From Fidelibacterota bacterium (lineage in GTDB: Bacteria; Fidelibacterota; Fidelibacteria; Fidelibacterales; Fidelibacteraceae), in the NCBI GenBank assembly GCA_034723415.1, contig JAYEOX010000094.1, forward strand, positions 1 to 13,909: a stretch of DNA of 13,909 bases, read 5' to 3'. The position numbers and the translations under genes were made by a program. Below, piece after piece: positions 1-7,045 of this stretch. Below the pieces are notes generated by a model. The model saw only the letters and a list, made by a program, of their open reading frames with translations, was not told where the DNA came from and ran no database searches. Positions within the stretch are counted from its first letter, which is position 1, and each line of letters opens with the position of its first letter.

Positions 1-690
1 GAATTAGCAAAACAAATTGACGAAAAAAAATCACCAAAAGATTCAAAGTCAAATACTACAATGATTTTAACGAACAAAAATGGTAAAACACAATCAAAGA
101 CAATTCGTTCCATCCAAAAAGACGATAATGAAAAACAGATGATTTGGTTTTTATCGCCTGCACGAGATAAGGGTGTTGCTTTCTTGAAGATTGAACATAA
201 AAATAGAGATGATGAGATGTGTTTATGGCTTCCGGCATTCAAAAAGATCAGAAGGATCCGCTCGTCAAATAAAAGCGATAATTTTATGGGTTCGGACATG
301 TCTTATGAAGATATGACAACTCGCGATATTGATGAATATAAATATAAATTATTAAAAGAAGAAAAAATAGATGATATAGATTACTATGTTCTAAAAAGTA
401 TTCCACTGCCAAAAACAGAATCAACTTACAATTACATAATTTCTTGGATCAATAAAAATGATCTCACGATAGTGAAGGAAAAATTTTTTGATAAAAATGA
501 CAAATTATACAAGATCAAAACTGTGAAATATAAAAAAATTGACGGTTATGACACACCAACTGAATTTTTTATGAAAGATGTACAAGAGGAACATACGACA
601 AAACTTACTATAACCAACATTGAGTTGGATACCGGCGTAAAGGATTATCTATTCCAAGAGAAAAATCTTAAAAGAGCGCCGAGATGGTAG
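1..690 (+). CDS. Outer membrane lipoprotein-sorting protein (LolA-like / DUF1329-related), 5'-truncated by the window edge
   Basis: Frame 1 is open from base 1 (ELAKQIDEKKSPKDSKSNTT-MILTNK...), so the ATG at 61 is probably internal. Family motifs are present: FLSPARDKGVAFL, WLPAFKKIRRI, FMGSDMSYEDM. Stop TAG at 688-690. Confidence 0.85.
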   Translation, partial: ELAKQIDEKKSPKDSKSNTTMILTNKNGKTQSKTIRSIQKDDNEKQMIWFLSPARDKGVAFLKIEHKNRDDEMCLWLPAFKKIRRIRSSNKSDNFMGSDMSYEDMTTRDIDEYKYKLLKEEKIDDIDYYVLKSIPLPKTESTYNYIISWINKNDLTIVKEKFFDKNDKLYKIKTVKYKKIDGYDTPTEFFMKDVQEEHTTKLTITNIELDTGVKDYLFQEKNLKRAPRW

Positions 691-691
691 G

Positions 692-783
692 GAAAATTAA
701 CCACCGAAAGCACCGAAAGATAGGTTAAAAACATGAAGAAAATTAACCACCGAAAACTCCGAGAGACACCGAAGAATAGGTTA
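692..783. repeat. Duplicated element GAAAATTAACCACCGAAA...ATAGGTTA built from ~9-nt CACCGAAAG units
   Basis: Copy 1 (692-727) has CACCGAAAG twice exactly, at 702-710 and 711-719. Copy 2 (738-783) has CACCGAAAA, CTCCGAGAG and CACCGAAGA at 748, 757 and 767. Confidence 0.85.
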
Positions 784-829
784 GGGTTAAGATTGAGGTT
801 GAGGTTGAGGTTGGGGTTGAGGTTGAGAT
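778..829. repeat. Imperfect hexamer tandem repeat, consensus GAGGTT
   Basis: AGGTT AGGGTT AAGATT GAGGTT GAGGTT GAGGTT GGGGTT GAGGTT GAGAT, read directly upstream of the ATG at 835. Confidence 0.9.
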
Positions 830-834
830 AAAAT

Positions 835-2130
835 ATGGGATTATTTATGAAAACAATAAAGACAATTATATTACTTCTAATTTTAAATAGTGCAATTTTC
901 GCTTTGGGCATTTCATATTCCGGTGAAATAAAATCATCATTAAAATATCAGCCATCGGACGGAACTCTTTTAGAATTACCATTTCGCATAGCGAATATTG
1001 ATCTTGATATCTATCATAAGAATCTTGAATTGCAAAGTAGTTTCGCATTAGAAACACGCTGGGAGAATCTCGACAAGACCAAATTTCAATTGAGAGAATT
1101 ATATCTTCACTGGTATCCGAGGTTTGGCGAGGTAAAAATCGGAAAGATAATTCATGCTTGGGGATACGCTGATCAAAACAATCCGATTGATAATATAAAT
1201 CCATATAATTTTTATTATTTATTTGGTACAGGAATTGAGAGAAAAATCGGTTCATGGTCGGGGGGTATTTCCGTGAATATTGGAAGTATAAATGTTGAAG
1301 GAATTTTCATACCGGAACACAACACAAATAAATTGCCATATAATGAAGATGATTTCCCAATTCAAATGGGTGATGAACCGCCGAAAGAATTGATGTTAAA
1401 AATAGACGATCCTTATGAATATGGAATTAGATTAAAACATAATATTTTGGGATTTGATTATAGTGTTTCATATTTTCATTGTTATGACAGGAATCCAACA
1501 AATCTTGGAAGCACTAAATACGGCGCACTCTTTTTTATTGGATATAAAAAAAATGATATTGTCGGGTTAGATATTTTGCGATTTATCGGGGACTTCACAA
1601 TTCGTGCGGAATCAGCATATTTCTTTTCATCAAATTTTTATGATTCAACTCTCTTTGCGTTAAAATTTAAACAAGATGTGCAATATTTACAATATGTTAT
1701 TCAAGTGGAATATGACTCTCCATTTGATATAAAATTTACAACTCAATTTATGCAAAATTATATTGTCTCTGCTGAAGGTAGCGGATGGGATATGCAAAAT
1801 AGAGAACATTCTACAGATTTAGAAAGTTTTTTTATACCCGGAGTCGGAATCCCATTTTTATCGTTTATGGACAGGGGAATATCTCTCGGGGCAAATGTGT
1901 TCTTTATGGACGATAGGTTAGAATTGGAGGGACTCACACTATTTAATCTTGAAGAAATAGATAAATATAGCGGACAAATGACTGCCTTAAATAGTTCGTA
2001 TTATTTCTTACAAAATTTCGAAGTAGAATTAAGTTATCTATGGATTGTTGGAAACGACGACGAGAATAATTTTTTAACTAAGATGGAAGATTTTTCACAT
2101 TTGAGTTTTGGCTTGAATTATCATTTTTAA
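835..2130 (+). CDS. Probable outer-membrane beta-barrel protein (DUF1302-like partner of LolA-like proteins); start may be the ATG at 847
   Basis: Signal peptide MKTIKTIILLLILNSAIFA, LRELY and KIGKIIHAWGYAD segments, amphipathic aromatic-rich strands, and a C-terminal beta-signal-like LSFGLNYHF. It follows the LolA-like gene. The family assignment is by pattern recognition. Confidence 0.6.
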   Translation: MGLFMKTIKTIILLLILNSAIFALGISYSGEIKSSLKYQPSDGTLLELPFRIANIDLDIYHKNLELQSSFALETRWENLDKTKFQLRELYLHWYPRFGEVKIGKIIHAWGYADQNNPIDNINPYNFYYLFGTGIERKIGSWSGGISVNIGSINVEGIFIPEHNTNKLPYNEDDFPIQMGDEPPKELMLKIDDPYEYGIRLKHNILGFDYSVSYFHCYDRNPTNLGSTKYGALFFIGYKKNDIVGLDILRFIGDFTIRAESAYFFSSNFYDSTLFALKFKQDVQYLQYVIQVEYDSPFDIKFTTQFMQNYIVSAEGSGWDMQNREHSTDLESFFIPGVGIPFLSFMDRGISLGANVFFMDDRLELEGLTLFNLEEIDKYSGQMTALNSSYYFLQNFEVELSYLWIVGNDDENNFLTKMEDFSHLSFGLNYHF

Positions 2131-2138
2131 GAATTCCT

Positions 2139-2238
2139 ACCACAGAGCACACAAAGAAATCACAAAATATTAATGGGATTTAAATATTTTTATTTCTAAT
2201 TTCCTAATTTTGATTTGTGATAATTCGTGTAACTCGTA
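2139..2238. repeat. Degenerate inverted repeat made of 9-11 nt period units
   Basis: Left arm AC-CACAGAG-CA-CACAAAG-AAAT-CACAAAA (2139-2167). Right arm TTTGTG, TTCGTG, CTCGTA at 2214, 2224, 2233. The inner ATCACAAA (2159-2166) is the reverse complement of TTTGTGAT (2214-2221). Confidence 0.6.
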
Positions 2239-2240
2239 TC

Positions 2241-2262
2241 AAAAAAAAGCAAACATTTTTGC
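2241..2262 (-). terminator. Possible weak intrinsic terminator downstream of spt
   Basis: Minus strand reads GCAAA-AATG-TTTGC followed by T8. The stem is only 5 bp and AT-rich. Confidence 0.3.
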
Positions 2263-2357
2263 GTCAGTGTCTTTTATATTTTGGGTAAGATAATCTAATA
2301 TTTTTTCTTGAATCTCGTCATAAGGGTTAACCTTCCGATTTTTTGAGGAAGATATGA

Positions 2358-3536
2358 CTAAATTATATTTAGTTTTTTTCCGACTTTTTCAAATTTATCG
2401 AGTGCTATGTCAAGCTGTCTGTCAGTATGAGTGGCCATAAAACTGGCACGGATCAAGCAATCATTCGGTGGAACAGCAGGTGGGATAACCGGATTGATAA
2501 ATACACCTTCCTCTTTAAGCATTTTCCACATCCTGAATGCAATCATCATCTCACCAACATGCAGGGGAATAATCGGAGTGTTACTCACCCCGATATCGTA
2601 TCCCATTTCTTTAAAGCCCTTTTGCATTTTTCTGGTGTTTTTCCATAGTTTTTCGATTCTTTCCGGTTCATTTTTCATAATATTCAGAGCTGCAATAACA
2701 GAAGCCGCAGATGCAGGTGGTAAACTGGCACTAAAAATTAAAGGTCTGGAGAAATGCTTGAGATAATGCAGCATGTTTTCATCTCCGGCAATAAAACCAC
2801 CAATAGAAGCCAAGGATTTGCTAAAAGTTCCCATAATAAGGTCAATATCATCTGTTAAACCAAAATGATTACTTGTTCCAGAACCTTTTTCACCAAGTAC
2901 ACCGATAGAGTGGGCATCGTCAACCATTACTTCGGCATGATATTTTTCTGCAAGTTTGGTAATTTCAGGAAGATTAGCAATATCACCTTCCATACTAAAG
3001 ATGCCATCTACAACGATTAATTTTGATTTATCTTCAACTTTTTTCAGAATTCGAGCTAAATCTTTCATATCGTTGTGATTGAATCTGAGCATTTTCCCAT
3101 AGGAAAGGCGAGCACCATCTATAATACTTGCGTGATCCAGTTTATCACTTATAATAAAATCACCTCGCCCCACGATTGTTCCAATAGTACCTAAATTCGC
3201 CTGAAATCCAGTTGAAAAAGCTAGCGCAGTTTCCTTTCCAACCAAGTCAGCCAATTTTTCTTCAAGTTCAATATGAATATCCAAAGTTCCATTCAGGAAT
3301 CTGGAACCAGCACATCCAGTTCCGTATTTTTTTGTTGCTTCAATTGCAGCTTCTTTGACTTTGGGGTGATTTGTCAATCCCAGATAGCTGTTTGAGCCAA
3401 ACATCAGTGCCTTTTTTCCATTAACTATTACTTCTGTATCCTGATCCGAGCTGATAACTCTAAAATAGGGATAAAATCCCATTTTCTGAACTTTCTTTGC
3501 TTCTGTAAATTTATCACATTTTTCGTATAAACTCAT
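2358..3536 (-). CDS. spt: Serine palmitoyltransferase (PLP-dependent alpha-oxoamine synthase family)
   Basis: YPYFR...DTEV...LMFGSNSYLGLTNHPKV, GTGCAGSRFLNGTLDIH, STGFQANLG, DHASI, DGIFSMEGD, VDDAH, and the PLP-lysine motif DLIMGTFSKSLA. These match the Bacteroides-type SPT pattern as I recall it. SD AGGAG (3545-3541) favours the ATG at 3536 over the TTG at 3539. Confidence 0.8.
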   Translation of the reverse strand: MSLYEKCDKFTEAKKVQKMGFYPYFRVISSDQDTEVIVNGKKALMFGSNSYLGLTNHPKVKEAAIEATKKYGTGCAGSRFLNGTLDIHIELEEKLADLVGKETALAFSTGFQANLGTIGTIVGRGDFIISDKLDHASIIDGARLSYGKMLRFNHNDMKDLARILKKVEDKSKLIVVDGIFSMEGDIANLPEITKLAEKYHAEVMVDDAHSIGVLGEKGSGTSNHFGLTDDIDLIMGTFSKSLASIGGFIAGDENMLHYLKHFSRPLIFSASLPPASAASVIAALNIMKNEPERIEKLWKNTRKMQKGFKEMGYDIGVSNTPIIPLHVGEMMIAFRMWKMLKEEGVFINPVIPPAVPPNDCLIRASFMATHTDRQLDIALDKFEKVGKKLNII

Positions 3537-3635
3537 CAATCTCCTATCTGTAATATTTTTCCCTTATAAAAATCATTTTTTCATTTAAATTATCAATAAC
3601 AGTTTTATTTAAATATCTATTTTTTAACACAGTAT

Positions 3636-3664
3636 ATTATAATAAATATAAATGAGGAAAGCAA
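3636..3664 (-). promoter_or_regulatory. Sigma70-type promoter for spt: TTGCTT-N17-TATAAT
   Basis: Minus-strand TTGCTT at 3664-3659, a 17-nt spacer, and a perfect TATAAT at 3641-3636, about 100 nt upstream of the spt start. Confidence 0.65.
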
Positions 3665-3678
3665 ACATTTTTGCATTT

Positions 3679-4626
3679 CTAATTTTTATCACTCTTTAAA
3701 TTATTATTTAACGCGTCTTTTTTCCCTTCAATATAATTTGAATATATTCTTGTTGTTGGATAAGCAAAATCAATATCGTTATTTTTGCCAAATTCTATAA
3801 GGATTTTTTCCCAAAAATTTTCTTCTACAGATCTTCTTTGACGCGGCTCTACCAAAAATCTGATAGTAAGTAAAACACCACAATCTTTTACATTGAGATA
3901 GACAATTGGAGTCAAATTATTATAAATTATCAGATATTTTCTTGCGGCAGCTTTTATTTGTTTTTCTACTTTTGCCGGTATGTTTTTTCTATAATCAAAA
4001 GCAATTTTATTTAGTATCTTTCTTGCTTTTTGCCAATTACTTTCAAATGTTAACAATACCGGGATCTCATGCCAAATATATTCAAAACCAAAATGATAAT
4101 TTGCCAAATGTTCGGTGAACACTTTTCCGTTCGGTATATGGATCATTCTGCCTGTACTTTGGTCTGCATCCACCCAATTACCAATTTCCAAAATGGTAAA
4201 TTGAAATGGACGAATATCAACAACATCACCGGCAACTCCACCAATTTGAATTCTATGTCCAACTTCAAGTGGTTGTCGCCACATAATAAAAACAAATCCC
4301 GCTAAGTTGACAAAAACATCTTTTAATGCAATAGCAATTCCGGCCGAAAACAGTCCAATTATTGTTAAAATAGAACCGGTGCCTTTAAACCATATTCTCC
4401 CGATTAATAAGAATCCCAACAACGCAACAATATATGAAAATGTTTTATTCCATTGATAAGTTGTTTTAGCTTCTTCAACATTACGGCGGACAATGCGGCT
4501 AAATATTTTTTTAATTATCCATAAAATTAAAATTATTATTATGGACTTTATCACATTTAAATAAATACCTGTATCTAATTGTGAAAATAATTCAACTATT
4601 TTTTCTTTATTAAATAGATCATTCAT
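3679..4626 (-). CDS. mscS: Small-conductance mechanosensitive channel (MscS family)
   Basis: N-terminal TM helices, GLFSAGIAIALKDVFVNLAG, PLEVGHRIQIGGVAGDVVDI, IHIPNGKVF, and C-terminal IDFAYPT. Confidence 0.9.
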   Translation of the reverse strand: MNDLFNKEKIVELFSQLDTGIYLNVIKSIIIILILWIIKKIFSRIVRRNVEEAKTTYQWNKTFSYIVALLGFLLIGRIWFKGTGSILTIIGLFSAGIAIALKDVFVNLAGFVFIMWRQPLEVGHRIQIGGVAGDVVDIRPFQFTILEIGNWVDADQSTGRMIHIPNGKVFTEHLANYHFGFEYIWHEIPVLLTFESNWQKARKILNKIAFDYRKNIPAKVEKQIKAAARKYLIIYNNLTPIVYLNVKDCGVLLTIRFLVEPRQRRSVEENFWEKILIEFGKNNDIDFAYPTTRIYSNYIEGKKDALNNNLKSDKN

Positions 4627-4632
4627 GTTTCT

Positions 4633-4974
4633 TTACCCCGCCGGCCAAGTGAATTTTCTACCGGCTAATAAATGTAGATGAATATGCTCCACTTCTTGTC
4701 CTCCATTTGGCCCATTATTAAAAACTAACCGATACCCGTTTTTTACATTCATCTTTTCGGCTATCTGTTTTGCAGCAAACACCAAATCACCCATAAGTGA
4801 ACTATCATTTTTCTCTAAATTTTCTATTCGAGAAATATGTTTCTTGGGAATAATTAAAATGTGAATAGGTGCCTGTGGATTCAAATCTTTGAAAGCAATT
4901 AATTTATCATTTTCAAAGACAATATCTGATTCGATTTCACCTTTAATAATTTTACAAAATATACAATTTGTCAT
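4633..4974 (-). CDS. hinT: Histidine triad (HIT) nucleotide-binding protein
   Basis: CIFCKI, AFKDLNPQAPIHILIIPKKH, GQEVEHIHLHLLAGR..WPAG. SD AGGAG at 4986-4982. The 6-nt gap to mscS suggests an operon. Confidence 0.95.
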   Translation of the reverse strand: MTNCIFCKIIKGEIESDIVFENDKLIAFKDLNPQAPIHILIIPKKHISRIENLEKNDSSLMGDLVFAAKQIAEKMNVKNGYRLVFNNGPNGGQEVEHIHLHLLAGRKFTWPAG

Positions 4975-5061
4975 TTAACTACTCCTTTTTATTTTTTTAT
5001 AAAATTCTTATTAAGTTTAATAATAAAATACGAATATTAAAACATTTTTTTTATAAAATAT

Positions 5062-5089
5062 TTGGAATTTTGTTATAATTTGTTATATT
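5062..5089 (+). promoter_or_regulatory. Putative ssrA promoter with two tandem extended -10 boxes
   Basis: TG-T-TATAAT at 5071-5079 and TG-T-TATATT at 5081-5089. TTGGAA at 5062-5067 lies 16 nt before the second -10. Confidence 0.55.
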
Positions 5090-5109
5090 TAATTGATTGT
5101 TGAAAAATA

Positions 5110-5485
5110 GGGGGCGTAAAGGTTTCGACGGGATTGTAAGGTCTTTACAGTAGCATACCGAGGTTTTCAGGACTCCTCGTCTCTTTTGAGATCATTGTGA
5201 TAAATCAACCTGAGTTAAGTTTTAAATGCAAATAATTTTGCACTTGCTGCGTAGATAATATTTACGTAGTCGTCTATCTTAATATGTTTGTGTGTTAAGA
5301 ATAGGCGTCGTTTTCACAAACTCGTTATTTGTTTTGTTTGAGGATAAATAATTAAACTTTTCAAACTGGTTCTTTTGTGATTTGTTCGTTGTTCATAGAA
5401 GAATAAGAAAGCCACAATTAACTATGTATGTAGAATCTGTTTTGGTCTCTTTTTCGGACCCGAGTTCGATTCTCGGCGCCTCCAC
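5110..5485 (+). ncRNA. ssrA: tmRNA (transfer-messenger RNA), tag peptide (A)ANNFALAA*
   Basis: 5' GGGGGCG...GGTTTCGACGGG. Acceptor stem 5110-5116 pairs with CGCCTCC 5477-5483 and includes the G3:U alanine identity pair. T-arm CCGAG-TTCGATT-CTCGG at 5460-5476. TAAAT precedes the resume codon GCA at 5228, and the tag frame ends with TAG at 5252-5254. Confidence 0.97.
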
Positions 5486-5505
5486 AAAAAATTCAAGGTA
5501 AAAAT

Positions 5506-5679
5506 ATGGGTTATTTCCCAAGACCAGGAAAATATGTAATAAAAGATGATGAAGATGATAAACGATTCAACTTCGGCAAACACATTCATCATCGTAAACC
5601 ACCACGCTCACTATTATGGATAATTTTTCTTTTCGCTGCCTTGTTATTTTTATTTCTATCACTACGAAATATAATATAA
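5506..5679 (+). CDS. Hypothetical 57-aa small membrane protein with a C-terminal TM helix (not in ORF track)
   Basis: Manual translation: MGYFPRPGKYVIKDDEDDKRFNFGKHIHHRKPPRSLLWIIFLFAALLFLFLSLRNII*. SD-like AAGGT at 5495-5499. A basic patch directly precedes an ~18-residue hydrophobic stretch. Confidence 0.65.
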   Translation: MGYFPRPGKYVIKDDEDDKRFNFGKHIHHRKPPRSLLWIIFLFAALLFLFLSLRNII

Positions 5680-5711
5680 ATTGAATATGATCACGAATTG
5701 AGCTAAATATT

Positions 5712-5853
5712 TTTTCATCGAATTGATCGAATTTGGCTAATTGTTCTTTTCATCTAATTAATCGAATTAATCTAATTGCTTCTTTTCATCGAATCAATCG
5801 AATTAATCTAATTGCTTCTTTTCATCGAATCAATCGAATTGAACTAATTGTTT
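5712..5853. repeat. Tandem array of four 35-36 bp units with an internal 9-nt period
   Basis: Units start at 5712, 5747, 5783 and 5819. Consensus TTTTCATCGAATCAATCGAATTAATCTAATTGCTTC. There are no spacers between units. Confidence 0.9.
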
Positions 5854-5960
5854 TAACACAGAATTGAAATAATTGTTAATTATTTTGTATCAAAATAATT
5901 AATTTGTTCATATAATGACAATTTTTAATTAACTTTAAGTATGGAAAAAAAGAAAAACAA

Positions 5961-6995
5961 ATGATTGATCCGCATGTTCATTTACGAGATTGGCAACAGT
6001 CAAATAAAGAAACGGTCTGCCATGGTTTAAAAATTGCAGATAAGGTTGGTTTAGATGCCATCTTTGAGATGCCAAATACCGATCCATCAATTATTGATAA
6101 AGAAACAGTTATGACAAGAATAAAATTAGCAGATTCATGCAATGTAAATATTTTTCATGGTTTGTATATTGGTTTAACAATTCACAAAAAACAAATAACT
6201 GAAGCTGTGAAATTACACAATAAATTGTTCCCGCGAGTAGTTGGTTTTAAATTATATGCCGGACCTTCAACAGGATCACTTGCCGTTAAAGATTACGGTC
6301 ATCAAAAATTTATTTTTCGAACTCTTAAAAAATTAAATTACAAAGGTGTTGTTGCGGTTCACTGTGAAGACGAAACGCTTTTCGAATCGGATAAATGGAT
6401 TCCACACATTCCTATTACACACTCTGAAACAAGACCTCCGGAAGCAGAAATCTCTTCTGTAAAAAACATTCTAAAAATTGCTCAAGATATAAAGTTTGAT
6501 GGCAGTGTTCACATTTGTCATGTTTCTGTTCCGGAATCAGTCAACGAAATTGAAAAAGTAAAAAAACAAAATCAGATAAAAGTGTCTTGCGGGGTTACCT
6601 TTCATCATGCACTTTTGCATAAACAATTAATGAAAAAAACAAATGGAATTGTGTTAAAAGTCAATCCACCTTTGCGAGACGAGAAAATTCAAAAAGAAAT
6701 GTTCCAATTGTTGTTAGATAAAAAAATCGATGTTATCGAGACAGATCACGCTCCTCATCAATTAGTAAATAAATTAAGAGAACCATATTCATCCGGAATC
6801 CCCGCATTGCCTTTTTATCCAAAATTTATTCAAATTCTTAAGGAAAATGGAATGTCGGATAATGAAATTTTAGATCTAACCCATAATAATATTAACAAAA
6901 TTTTTAATATGGACATTCAAAATACGCATAAACAAAGATCTGCAATTCCTAAAAATGAATACGAATTTCAGCCGTTTGATTTTTTAAATAAATAA
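5961..6995 (+). CDS. pyrC: Dihydroorotase
   Basis: IDPHVHLRD (HxH metal site plus Arg), EMPNT, GFKLYAG, VHCED, HICHVS, KVNPPLR, ETDHAPH. Confidence 0.88.
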   Translation: MIDPHVHLRDWQQSNKETVCHGLKIADKVGLDAIFEMPNTDPSIIDKETVMTRIKLADSCNVNIFHGLYIGLTIHKKQITEAVKLHNKLFPRVVGFKLYAGPSTGSLAVKDYGHQKFIFRTLKKLNYKGVVAVHCEDETLFESDKWIPHIPITHSETRPPEAEISSVKNILKIAQDIKFDGSVHICHVSVPESVNEIEKVKKQNQIKVSCGVTFHHALLHKQLMKKTNGIVLKVNPPLRDEKIQKEMFQLLLDKKIDVIETDHAPHQLVNKLREPYSSGIPALPFYPKFIQILKENGMSDNEILDLTHNNINKIFNMDIQNTHKQRSAIPKNEYEFQPFDFLNK

Positions 6996-7045
6996 TTTTT
7001 ATTTCATCTTAAAAATTGATAAACTATAACAACAAAAAAAGGAAT

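Noticed and set aside
781..816. Telomere-like TTAGGG/TTGGGG hexamers
   Set aside because: Only one copy of each, as variants of the GAGGTT repeat inside a bacterial operon.
645..911. Minus-strand 88-aa ORF with an NLNPNLNLNL tract
   Set aside because: It is the translation of the (GAGGTT)n repeat and overlaps two well-supported + strand genes.
2317..2358. Hairpin GTCATA/TATGAC plus CTTCC/GGAAG right after the spt stop
   Set aside because: The stems are short, with a large asymmetric bulge and no adjacent U-tract, so it cannot be distinguished from chance.
2358..3536. Annotation as bioF or kbl
   Set aside because: The motif set fits Bacteroides-type SPT better and there is no bio or tdh context. 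It is not fully excluded without a phylogeny.
5712..5853. 36-bp repeats as a CRISPR array
   Set aside because: The units are contiguous with no unique spacers, have an internal 9-nt period, and no cas genes are in the window.
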